From positions 1 through 43,464 of IMG/VR virus record IMGVR_UViG_3300021061_000011: DNA of 43,464 bases; one strand, 5' to 3'. The number at the start of each line of letters is the position of its first letter. The first letter of the stretch is position 1. The position numbers and the translations under genes are program-made. The stretch is from a virus. Positions 1 to 7,938 of this stretch are shown one piece after another. The notes below the pieces were generated by a model that saw only the letters and a list, made by a program, of their open reading frames with translations, did no database searches and was not told where the DNA came from.

Positions 1-127
1 CATTCCGAGGAGGCACGCGAGGAGAAAGGCGTTGAGCTTCATTCGGTGAAATCCCACACGTAGCAGACCCCGCGGATCGAGTTGCTATTCGGCCGTCCAG
101 GGACGCAGGCGTACAACCGCTCCGCCA
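1..127. repeat. Terminal direct repeat, copy 1 (circular-assembly overlap)
   Basis: Bases 1-127 (cattccgaggagg...gctccgcca) are identical to 43338-43464. Confidence 0.95.
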
Positions 128-1751
128 CGGCGTCGTACGTCATCCCGATGCCGTGCGAGGCTTCGCCGCTCGACATCGGCGCCGGCATGTCGTTCATCAG
201 CCGTTGCACCGTGATCGTTCCGGTCGCCGGGGTGCTCAGGGAGCTATTGACCTGATACGTGAACGTCGTGCTGTTCACGTTGGTCATAAAGAACCCGCCG
301 TTATAGCCACTCGGCGTGGCGCCGGTGATATACGCGCTCTGGCTGCCGACCCCATGGGGCGTCGCCGTCGTCACCGTCGCCGTGGTCCCGGAGCGGGTAA
401 TACTGGTGACATTGACCACCGAGGCGGGGCCGAGCGGATAGGCGCTGTAGTTCAGATCCGGCGGGCTGTTCGCCGATCCGTACTGGACGTCGAAGTAGGA
501 ATCCGACTCCACACTCCAGACGTTCGAGGCTTCGGCGACCGCCTCGGGGTCCATGATGTACCAGCGATGGAAGCCCTGCTGATACCCCACCGTTGAGGCG
601 ACGTACTGGAGGTAGCCCGCGGCGACGTTCGTCATGCAGACGATGCCGTGCTTCGTCGCGGTGTAGGGCCACGCGCACGAGCCGACGATGTCCCATGTCC
701 AATACGCGGCCGGCCAGCTATCGAGTTGCTGATTCAGCGCAGGGGTCGTCGTTCCGCGAAGAAACCGATACGGCGGCGCCTGCGCGAAGGTCGCGAGGAA
801 CGCGTCGTAATACATCAACGGCGTGTTCGCCAGCGCACTGCCCTGCGGATTCGTGGCGATGTTGGGCGGCGCGACCGCGATCACGGTCGGCCCCATCGAG
901 TTAGAACCCGTGCCGCCGGCCGAGAAGTTGCCGCCGAAGCCCACCCCCAGGGTTTTGCCCGGCGTATAGGTGTTCGCGTAGTAGTCCGGTATCCGCAGCG
1001 CCCCGGACTGCACGGCCTTGACCCCGATGTTGCTGAACCGCCACGAGCCAATCGCGGTCCCTGTGCCTGCCGCCCAGTTCAGGGTGCTTTGCACCATCGA
1101 CGGGTTGTTCGGGCAGCACGCGTTATAGCTCTCCATGTAGAACTGGTAGAGCTTGTCGGCGTCCTCATCCCAAAAGATGCCCATCGCCGTCCCGCCGAAG
1201 GTGTTCCCGTTCTGATCGACGCGCTTACTGGACGCGAAATCGGGGAAGGTCTTCGCCACGGTGGCCGTGTTGTAGGTCCCGGAGACGACCAGCGCCGGAA
1301 TGTTGAACGCCACCATGCAGTAATTGGCGGCTTGGGTGAGCAGGTATGGCGTCCCGCTCTCGTACATGATGGTGATGCCCTGCGCGTTCGCCGTCGCGGC
1401 GCTGCTACAGGTGGACAGCGTCTCGGGCATCTTGAACGCGCCCACGTAGAAGGGGCTGCTGTAGTTCAGATCGCTTTCGGTCAACACGGTCCGCGCGGGC
1501 GGCGGGATCGGATCGATGATCTTTTCGAGACGGATACCCGTCCCGATGACGCGGACCTGTCCTGACAGCGCGAGCGGAAGCGCGAGGAGGGCGATGAGGG
1601 CGAGGAGGGCTAGTCGAGACCCTTGGAGATGTCCTCGCCGGATTTGTAGATCAGGCCGGCGAGCACTCCCAGAGCCACGATGACCACGCCCAGAAAGAAG
1701 GCCACGTAAATCATGCGCCGATGCTAGCACAACCGACATTAGTTGGAGCAT
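39..1751 (-). CDS. Large secreted hypothetical protein, fibre/receptor-binding-like; true start unresolved
   Basis: Maximal ORF shown. G/C-rich third positions appear in this frame only from about 1610 downward. Signal-like SRLALLALIALLALPLALSG/QVRV. C-terminal module TATVTTATPHG..YNGGFF..TTFTY. Stop TGA 39-41 overlaps the next ATG (ATGA). Confidence 0.75.
   Translation of the reverse strand: MLQLMSVVLASAHDLRGLLSGRGHRGSGSARRPDLQIRRGHLQGSRLALLALIALLALPLALSGQVRVIGTGIRLEKIIDPIPPPARTVLTESDLNYSSPFYVGAFKMPETLSTCSSAATANAQGITIMYESGTPYLLTQAANYCMVAFNIPALVVSGTYNTATVAKTFPDFASSKRVDQNGNTFGGTAMGIFWDEDADKLYQFYMESYNACCPNNPSMVQSTLNWAAGTGTAIGSWRFSNIGVKAVQSGALRIPDYYANTYTPGKTLGVGFGGNFSAGGTGSNSMGPTVIAVAPPNIATNPQGSALANTPLMYYDAFLATFAQAPPYRFLRGTTTPALNQQLDSWPAAYWTWDIVGSCAWPYTATKHGIVCMTNVAAGYLQYVASTVGYQQGFHRWYIMDPEAVAEASNVWSVESDSYFDVQYGSANSPPDLNYSAYPLGPASVVNVTSITRSGTTATVTTATPHGVGSQSAYITGATPSGYNGGFFMTNVNSTTFTYQVNSSLSTPATGTITVQRLMNDMPAPMSSGEASHGIGMTYDAVAERLYACVPGRPNSNSIRGVCYVWDFTE
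1610..1714 (-). CDS. 34-aa single-pass membrane mini-protein
   Basis: ATG 1714, TAG 1610-1612. Translation MIYVAFFLGVVIVALGVLAGLIYKSGEDISKGLD. About 28 of 34 third positions are G/C, whereas the overlapping long-ORF frame is G/C-poor at third positions here. Confidence 0.55.
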   Translation of the reverse strand: MIYVAFFLGVVIVALGVLAGLIYKSGEDISKGLD

Positions 1752-3559
1752 TCGGTGCTCGAGGACGAGGCATACAGTTGCCCCGTCGCGGTATCCACGC
1801 AGACCACTTTTTTGGATCCCGCCGCGCCGGTGGTTTCGAGGGACGTAAACGCGACACGGCCGGGCGTCTCAAAGATCAGCGTCGGCGTCCCGCCCTCGTC
1901 TCCGGTCAGCTCTACGATCGCCTCTGCCTCGTTGGCCCCGTCGGTATGCACAATGAACCGCACGGCGGCGGGTCCCGTGGCGCTGTCCCCCGTGGTGATC
2001 ACGCTGATCGCCGCGCCAGCGTTCGCCGTGTTGGAGGTGTTGATAATTTCAATCTCCGTGTCTCCACCCGCCTGCGCAGCGGTCACCGTCAACAATGCGA
2101 ACTCGGCCGTCATCGTGCCTTCGACGGTCAGATTGCCGGTCAGCGTCAGGCTGTTGAACGTCGGCGAGTCGGTCGTATCTAATGGCTGCGGCAGAATCGC
2201 GGATGTATCCACGTCGAGCACGTCCGCGGCGATCGTCAGCGGCGACGCCACCGTCAGAAACTTCACCGCCGTATCCGCATCCGCCCAATACAGGATGCGA
2301 TTCGCATTCGGATCGACCAGATTGGCGCCCGTGCCACCGTTCGCCAACGGCACCTGTCCACTGAGGCGCGTCCCGGCCGGCAGCGACCCCGTGGTGCCGC
2401 CATCAATCGGCAACCCCGTCGCGTTCGTCAACGTCCCCGAGGACGGCGTCCCAAGGGCCGGCGTCACGAACGTGGGCGAGGTCGCGAACACCAACGCGCC
2501 CGTCCCCGTTTCCCCCGTGACGGCCGACGCGAGATTCGCGCTCGAGGGCGTCGCCAGCCAGGTCGCGACCCCAGAGCCCAGGCCCGCGAGATTGGCCGCC
2601 GGAAAGCCCGTGGTGTTCGTCAGCGTGCCCGCCGACGGCACGCCCAGATCCGGCGTGACCAGCGTGGGCGACGTCGCAAAGACGAGTGCCCCCGAGCCGG
2701 TTTCCCCCGTGACCGCTGCGGCCAGATTGGCGGCGCTTGGCGTCCCCAGAAACGTCGCGACGTTGGCTCCCAACCCGGAGACGCCGGTACTGATTGGGAG
2801 CCCGGTGGCGTTCGTCAGCGTCGCGGCGGACGGCGTCCCGAGATTCGGCGTCGTGAGGCTCGGCGAGGTGCCGAATACCAGCGCACCCGATCCGGTTTCG
2901 TCGCTGATGTTCGCGGCAATGCCGGCGGAATCGGTGAGTGAGGTGACCACGCCCGTGGTCGTCGCCACCCGCATGATGCCGCTCGATAGCGACGCGAGCG
3001 CCTGTTCTGCGCTCAGATCACTATTCGCGGTCTGCGTGATGTAGGTCGCATCCGACGGCGCTCCGGTCGAGCATCCGGTACAGACCCCGGTGATCGTCAG
3101 CCCGTCAAACGTCGGCGAGTCCGACGTATTCAGGTTCTGGTTGAACGGATTGCCCCCACCCCCGCCGCCGGACCCGCGCAGGCCCGCGAGCTGGTTGGAC
3201 AGCACCACCGCCACATTGGCCGTCCCGCTGACGTAGCTCGTAAACGTGACCCGGACGCGCTGATACGTGGTGATCGTCCCGGTCCATGCCCCGTTCGTCG
3301 TCGTCGTGCTGACCGGCGTGGTGCTGGCACTCGGATTCAGGTTCAACGAGACGTAGCTATTCCCGATGAGCGCCTGAAACGTGATCGTCCCCACCCACGT
3401 CCCGGACACCTGAATCCCGATGCCGGCCGCATTCGCCGTCGCGACCTCGAGACAGCCGGCGCCCGGACAGGTGGTCGAACTGATCGACCCGCCCGTGACC
3501 TGCGCGGACGCGAGCGCCGGAAGCAGCGCGAGCGCAAGGGCGAGGAGCAGCCTACGCAT
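1739..3559 (-). CDS. Tail-fibre-like repeat protein with N-terminal signal peptide
   Basis: MRRLLLALALALLPALASA/QV. Gly run. Two S/TDSPTF(D/N)xLT(I/L)TG motifs. Three ETGSGALVF.TSP.L.TP.LG.PS..TLTN.TG units. An alternative GTG start lies at 3580. Confidence 0.85.
   Translation of the reverse strand: MRRLLLALALALLPALASAQVTGGSISSTTCPGAGCLEVATANAAGIGIQVSGTWVGTITFQALIGNSYVSLNLNPSASTTPVSTTTTNGAWTGTITTYQRVRVTFTSYVSGTANVAVVLSNQLAGLRGSGGGGGGNPFNQNLNTSDSPTFDGLTITGVCTGCSTGAPSDATYITQTANSDLSAEQALASLSSGIMRVATTTGVVTSLTDSAGIAANISDETGSGALVFGTSPSLTTPNLGTPSAATLTNATGLPISTGVSGLGANVATFLGTPSAANLAAAVTGETGSGALVFATSPTLVTPDLGVPSAGTLTNTTGFPAANLAGLGSGVATWLATPSSANLASAVTGETGTGALVFATSPTFVTPALGTPSSGTLTNATGLPIDGGTTGSLPAGTRLSGQVPLANGGTGANLVDPNANRILYWADADTAVKFLTVASPLTIAADVLDVDTSAILPQPLDTTDSPTFNSLTLTGNLTVEGTMTAEFALLTVTAAQAGGDTEIEIINTSNTANAGAAISVITTGDSATGPAAVRFIVHTDGANEAEAIVELTGDEGGTPTLIFETPGRVAFTSLETTGAAGSKKVVCVDTATGQLYASSSSTECSN
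2396..2902 (-). repeat. In-frame tandem repeat (about 64-65 codons, 2.6 copies) inside the fibre-like gene
   Basis: Protein residues 227-395 repeat. On the plus strand the string gtttcccccgtgac recurs at about 2509 and 2700. Confidence 0.8.
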
Positions 3560-3746
3560 CGGACGTCTTCGGCCGGCCACCCTTCTTCTTGGGCGCGTCG
3601 GTCTCCTCGGTGGCTTGTTCGGCCTTCAGCCGCGTGTACGGGGTGTCGTACGTGTAGCCCAGTTTCGCCAGACGCTCGGCGTCGGCCGCATCCGTGGCGA
3701 CCTGTCCTTTCCCGTCTTCGAGGTACACCCAGGTCGGGAACTCCAT
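3552..3746 (-). CDS. 64-aa hypothetical protein with basic C-terminus
   Basis: MEFPTWVYLEDGKGQ...KKKGGRPKTSDA. The ATG at 3746 shares one base with the upstream TGA (TGATG). It is the only protein-like part of the 324-codon ORF 3552..4526. Confidence 0.7.
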   Translation of the reverse strand: MEFPTWVYLEDGKGQVATDAADAERLAKLGYTYDTPYTRLKAEQATEETDAPKKKGGRPKTSDA

Positions 3747-4717
3747 CAGGCACTCCATTTCTTCGAGAACAGCCCCACTGTGACGAGCGCGAGCCCCACC
3801 GAGGCCAGATACAGTTGATGCGCGGGGAGAATCGATCCGGGTGTCGGGACCAGGAGCCGCACCGAGAGCGCAATCAGCACCCACAGCACGCCGCGCCGCA
3901 GCTCCCCCACCCACGCCAGCGCGAGAAAGGCGAGAATCGGCAGCGCGGCCCACGACACATTGCGGAGCGGAGCCATGGAGAGCCAGAGCCCCGGCACGGC
4001 CCAGGACACCAGATGCTGCGCGAACGCCGACGCCTGCGCCGTCGCCCAGTCCCACGGCGTGACGTCCGCGGTGCGCCACAGCCCCAGAAGCATCGGGATC
4101 GTGCCGAGACTCAGCCCTACCGCGACCGCCACGATCGCCCACGACACACCCGCCAGCGCGATCAGACCGAACGCCACGATGCCAGCTTCTTTGCTGACAC
4201 ACGCGAGCCCGACGCCCGCGCCGGCCAGCAGCCAGCGCCGATCGTGTGCCCCGAGCACGGCGAGCAACGCGCCCGTCGTCATCAGGACATCCGGCCGCCC
4301 TTGCAGATACGCCACAGCGGGGATCGCCATCGGATGCAGGCCGAAGACGCCCATCGTCAACGGCGCGGAGAGCCGCCAGCGAGCCGCGACGAGCCCGACC
4401 AGCCACGTATTCAGCAGATGGAGCCCGATCGAAATCGCGTGCGCGAGACCGGGCCGGTCCATCCCGTGTGTCAGCCAGAGCAGATCCGACAGGTATCGGT
4501 TCGGTCGCCACGTCCAGACCGGCCACGTCGCGCCGACCTTGTGCGCGTCTTCATAGACAAACCCGTCGGCCGACAGGTACGCGATCACGATGAGGACGAG
4601 GACGCCGACGCGGACGCCTGTATCACGGACTCGATCCGTTGCGCCCGCGCCTCGAACGAGCCGGGCCAGGGCCGTTTCACCGGAATCACCGCCAGCGACC
4701 GCGACGCCTGCTGCCAC
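3746..4717 (-). CDS. Polytopic membrane protein resembling the N-terminal GT-C (PMT_2/TMTC-type) glycosyltransferase core
   Basis: A TM helix is followed by DGFVYED. Motifs AHxxSIGLHLLNTWL and FGLHPMAIPAVAYLQGRPDVL. At least 8 hydrophobic spans. Start is ambiguous: GTG 4717 overlaps the upstream gene by 133 nt, or GTG 4588 sits in a GTGA overlap. Confidence 0.7.
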   Translation of the reverse strand: MAAGVAVAGGDSGETALARLVRGAGATDRVRDTGVRVGVLVLIVIAYLSADGFVYEDAHKVGATWPVWTWRPNRYLSDLLWLTHGMDRPGLAHAISIGLHLLNTWLVGLVAARWRLSAPLTMGVFGLHPMAIPAVAYLQGRPDVLMTTGALLAVLGAHDRRWLLAGAGVGLACVSKEAGIVAFGLIALAGVSWAIVAVAVGLSLGTIPMLLGLWRTADVTPWDWATAQASAFAQHLVSWAVPGLWLSMAPLRNVSWAALPILAFLALAWVGELRRGVLWVLIALSVRLLVPTPGSILPAHQLYLASVGLALVTVGLFSKKWSA

Positions 4718-5016
4718 TGCCCCTCCATGCTTTGTGTGACCGCGATGTTGAGTCCCGCGACGATGTGGACGTATGCGGGATACCGTGAGTGCGGCGCTTC
4801 CCGACGCGCTCGCAGGAACGCGACGAGCGCACCGGGCCGGTCCTCAGCTTTCAACCGCGCGTTCCCGAGGTTGATCCAGCTCTCCGCCGAGACCGGATCG
4901 ATGGCGACCGCTCGTGCCCACACGACCCCATCTGAGGTCCACGCAGGCACGAGTAACAGGGTGCGTGCCGCCAGTCCGAGGACCAGCAGCACGCCCCCGA
5001 GTCGTCTTACGAGCAC
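4585..5016 (-). CDS. Membrane-anchored TPR-motif protein
   Basis: GTG 5016 gives MLVRRLGGVLLVLGLAARTLLLV (TM helix). TPR-like AVAIDPVSAESWINLGNARLKAEDRPGALVAFLRA follows. Third positions stay G/C-rich to the stop at 4585. Confidence 0.65.
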   Translation of the reverse strand: MLVRRLGGVLLVLGLAARTLLLVPAWTSDGVVWARAVAIDPVSAESWINLGNARLKAEDRPGALVAFLRARREAPHSRYPAYVHIVAGLNIAVTQSMEGQWQQASRSLAVIPVKRPWPGSFEARAQRIESVIQASASASSSSS

Positions 5017-5525
5017 GTCCCCGTGCCGAGGCAGTACGGCGTCAGCGAGTTGAACGTAATCGGCTGGATGTTCGTCGCCTTCCAGACCGACGCGCGGCAC
5101 AGCCACACGTTGCCGTTAGAGACGTTCACCCACGGGACCACGATCTGGGTCGCCGTGGTGCAGGAGCCATACGGCGGATCGGCCTGCTGGAACGCATTCG
5201 AGGGACCCGACAACACCGTCGCCCCCGAGGCGTGCGACATCGCGCGCGTGCCATCGACGCCCCGACGCACCGTCAGGGTGGTGCCGCTGATGGACAGGAC
5301 CGTCATCGCCTCGAGATCGACGAAGAGTTCCTGGCCAACCGCGATGGCCTGCGAGACGGACGTAAACGCTGCCACGGACGCGACCGAAATCGTCGTCTGC
5401 GTGGTGTTCACCGCCGCCGACAGCGTGGTGTTGTTGAGATAGACCGGCGTCGCCGTCTGCGCGACGAGCGACCCGGAAAGCGCCACCGCCAGGGACAGGG
5501 CAATGAGGAATGTCTTCATGGTCAT
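5007..5525 (-). CDS. Secreted hypothetical protein directly after the coat gene
   Basis: MTMKTFLIALSLAVALSGSLVA/QT signal peptide. AGGAGG lies upstream; the second ATG at 5519 has the better spacing. Motif TLTVRRGVDGTRAMSHASGA. Confidence 0.8.
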   Translation of the reverse strand: MTMKTFLIALSLAVALSGSLVAQTATPVYLNNTTLSAAVNTTQTTISVASVAAFTSVSQAIAVGQELFVDLEAMTVLSISGTTLTVRRGVDGTRAMSHASGATVLSGPSNAFQQADPPYGSCTTATQIVVPWVNVSNGNVWLCRASVWKATNIQPITFNSLTPYCLGTGTCS

Positions 5526-5531
5526 GTCCTC

Positions 5532-6767
5532 CTACGCCGCCGCCACACGGCACGCGAGTTCAGGCCGCAGGATGTGCCAGCCGTACAGCACGTCCAGCCG
5601 GTTCATCAGCTTGTCCGTCACCGGATCCCAGTCGCGGGTGTAGCGGATCGAGATCCCGAGCTGGTCGTCGCTCTTGCGCGAGCCCTGATCCACGCCGTTG
5701 GGCATGTAGAGGTCCGCCGACACGAGCGTGATGAAGTCGGGGTGATACGCGATGTTGACCGGGTAGCTGACGCCGCTGATGGTCCCGAACGACGCCGCCG
5801 CGACGCCGTAGACCGTGATCGCCGCGTTGTCGGCCGGCAGGTTGCTAACGTTCTGGAACGCACCCGAGGTGATCATCGCGGGCTCGAACGTGATGGTCAT
5901 CGCCCCGCCCGCGCTCGTCGCCGTCGCCGTGACGCGGAAGTCCATCAGCGTCGAGGTCTGCATGTACGCCTGTGGGTTGATGGAGTAGACGCCCGCGAAC
6001 TGAATCACGTCGCCTTCGTTGAGGGTGTTCGAGGAGCCCGACCAGCCGTCCGTGATGATCGAGCCGGACGCGCCCTGCCCGGCGCCGTTCACCAGCGGCG
6101 TCGCCCCGGTGAGGGTGCCGACCGTCTGCCGGTAGATGTTCTGGTCCTTGCCGAACTTCAGATTCGCCGCGGTGCCCATCGCGCCCTTGCGGTTCTGGCG
6201 CGACACGTCCGTCTGCGGATTGAAGATGTTGTAGAGGCCGTTGACCAGATTCGCCTGCGTCTGCGGGTCCACCGCGACGTTGCGCTCGCCATCATCCCGC
6301 GCCGCCGCGTTGTCCAGCTTCACGCCCGCGTTGAGGAACGTGCCGAGCGTGGTGATGGACGTGCCGGGCGTCCCGACCGACTGGGAGACCCGAGCCGCGA
6401 CCTCGAGCCCGTCCTGGTCGATCTTGTTCGCGATGCGCGCCACCGCCGGCTTGAGGATGCGATCCGAGAACTCATCGATCTTCAGCGTGAGGTCTTCGGT
6501 CGTCATCTCCATGTGGACCTTGAAGTACCGATCCAGCGCCACGGTGGTGTACGTTTCCGTGATCGCCTCGGGACTCCAGCCCTGTCCGTAGGAACCGAGA
6601 TACCGCGCCGGCTTACGGACGCGGAGGGTGTCGCCGATCTTCGCGCCTGCCTTGGCGAAGTAGCTGTCGTACTTACGTCGAACTGTCTTCGTGAAACCCA
6701 ACTGGTTCTCGAGCACGTCGAGGGCTTCCAGCGTGATTTCGTCGGTGTTGAGAAACTGGTTGGACAT
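5532..6767 (-). CDS. Major capsid protein, P22 coat (gp5)-type
   Basis: 411 aa. LGFTKTVRRKYDSYF..GDTLRVRKP resembles the P22 coat family N-terminus. It sits directly after the scaffold gene. Confidence 0.85.
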   Translation of the reverse strand: MSNQFLNTDEITLEALDVLENQLGFTKTVRRKYDSYFAKAGAKIGDTLRVRKPARYLGSYGQGWSPEAITETYTTVALDRYFKVHMEMTTEDLTLKIDEFSDRILKPAVARIANKIDQDGLEVAARVSQSVGTPGTSITTLGTFLNAGVKLDNAAARDDGERNVAVDPQTQANLVNGLYNIFNPQTDVSRQNRKGAMGTAANLKFGKDQNIYRQTVGTLTGATPLVNGAGQGASGSIITDGWSGSSNTLNEGDVIQFAGVYSINPQAYMQTSTLMDFRVTATATSAGGAMTITFEPAMITSGAFQNVSNLPADNAAITVYGVAAASFGTISGVSYPVNIAYHPDFITLVSADLYMPNGVDQGSRKSDDQLGISIRYTRDWDPVTDKLMNRLDVLYGWHILRPELACRVAAA

Positions 6768-6792
6768 GCCAACCGCCGTTCTGCGTCAGCGC

Positions 6793-7761
6793 CTAGCCCG
6801 CCTTCGCACGCTTCCGTGCGCGCCACTCCGCGAGGCTCATATCTCGCGGGTCTTTCGGCAGCGGGTCTGGCGTCGCGGCACCCGTCAAAGGCTTGATAGG
6901 CGCCGGGGCTTTGGACACAGGACGCACGACAGGCTCCGGGACCACCGGAGGGCTGGTGAGCGTTTCGAGGTATTCGCGTACCAACGGCATGTCGGCCGCG
7001 CCGTAGTGCTGCGTCCGCTGGGCCAGTTCTTTCGCTTTCTCGGGGTTCTTCCCCAGCCAGAAGGCGATGCGCGGCCCGTGCTCTGACGCAAAGACGGCGT
7101 GGAACATGACATCGGAGGCGACCACCTCCCGCGTCACATCCCGAAAGTCCGGGTGAGTCTTCGCAAACTCCATCGCGCGCCCGCGATACGCCTCTTGGTC
7201 CTTTTTGTAGGACTCGACAAAGGCCGCGTGTTCGCGCTCCTGGTCTCTCGACTCCAGGACTTTCTTCGTCTCCTGCTTCGCGGTCCACGCCGCGTGCGCG
7301 GCAATGAACGCGGGCCAGTTGTCGGGAAAGTCCTGCTCCGTGGGTTCGGGATCGTCCGTCCGAGACACAGCCTGCCGAGCCCCGGCCGCGGGCAGCGAAT
7401 CCGTACGCGGTGTGGCGGGCGATCGCTCTCCCCGCTCCGCGAGTGTCCGTTCCAAGGATTTGACGCGTTCAACCAGCTTCTGAATCCGTCGCGAACTGCG
7501 GCGACGCATATCCAGGGTTTCGCCCGTCTCCGGGTCCTGCCAGCGTTCTTGCTTCTTTGGCTGGTCGGCTGGGACCGGCTCGATCTCGATCGCGGGCTCC
7601 GGCTCTTCGACTTCAACAGGCGCCGCCGCGGCTTCCGCTACGGGCTCTGTCTTCGTCTCGGCGGGCACAATGTGCGGGGTGCCTTCTTTCTTGGCGTCCC
7701 GCCACTTCTCCAGCTCGGACCGGGTATCTACCGCTTCGATGATCGTGGTCGATTCACTCAT
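6793..7761 (-). CDS. Scaffolding protein (assigned by position and composition)
   Basis: 322 aa, highly charged, Glu/Ala/Pro/Lys-rich and helical. It lies between the portal-side genes and the coat gene. Confidence 0.65.
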   Translation of the reverse strand: MSESTTIIEAVDTRSELEKWRDAKKEGTPHIVPAETKTEPVAEAAAAPVEVEEPEPAIEIEPVPADQPKKQERWQDPETGETLDMRRRSSRRIQKLVERVKSLERTLAERGERSPATPRTDSLPAAGARQAVSRTDDPEPTEQDFPDNWPAFIAAHAAWTAKQETKKVLESRDQEREHAAFVESYKKDQEAYRGRAMEFAKTHPDFRDVTREVVASDVMFHAVFASEHGPRIAFWLGKNPEKAKELAQRTQHYGAADMPLVREYLETLTSPPVVPEPVVRPVSKAPAPIKPLTGAATPDPLPKDPRDMSLAEWRARKRAKAG

Positions 7762-7813
7762 CTGTCCTCGGCATCGCTCTCACGCGGCGACGTGACGAAA
7801 GGTCGAGAAACGC

Positions 7814-7856
7814 AAAAAGGCCGGTCGCCCTCTCCGCAGAGAGAACGACCGGCCTT
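7814..7856 (-). terminator. Intrinsic terminator for leftward transcripts
   Basis: Minus strand reads AAGGCCGGTCG-loop-CGACCGGCCTT followed by TTTGCG, giving a 5-T run with the stem end. The stem is 9-11 bp and GC-rich. Confidence 0.65.
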
Positions 7857-7938
7857 GAATGTCAGCGCCCGGAGGCGCCTCCTCAGTCAGCCGTGAGCAC
7901 CCGCGCCCGAACCGCGCGAGTGTAAAACGCCTGTCAAG

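Noticed and set aside
1610-1714. Programmed -1 frameshift from the 34-aa TM ORF into the large secreted-protein frame.
   Set aside because: I found no X XXY YYZ slippery heptamer in the mini-ORF and no obvious downstream stimulatory structure. It is kept only as an unresolved alternative in the findings.
2396-2902. The fibre repeats as a template/variable-region pair of a diversity-generating retroelement.
   Set aside because: No reverse transcriptase motif occurs anywhere in the window. The copies are tandem and in frame within one gene. Their differences are not confined to adenine positions as far as I can see.
3552-4526. A 324-codon minus-strand ORF. The same applies to 13355..13804, 13549..14136, 28639..30045 and 38075..38749.
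   Set aside because: These are chimeric maximal ORFs. Only the last 29-126 codons are protein-like, with G/C-rich third positions and a start at a stop/start overlap. The remainder overlaps better genes in other frames.
4914-6896. A 660-codon plus-strand ORF, and similar long ORFs opposite real genes (648..1565, 9737..11341, 25501..26739, 38826..40226, 42250..43074).
   Set aside because: The translations are dominated by Arg, Gly, Pro, Ala, His and Asp runs with no domain-like motifs. They lie antisense to genes with clear identities (coat, portal, hub, beta-helix). These are typical shadow ORFs of GC-rich DNA.
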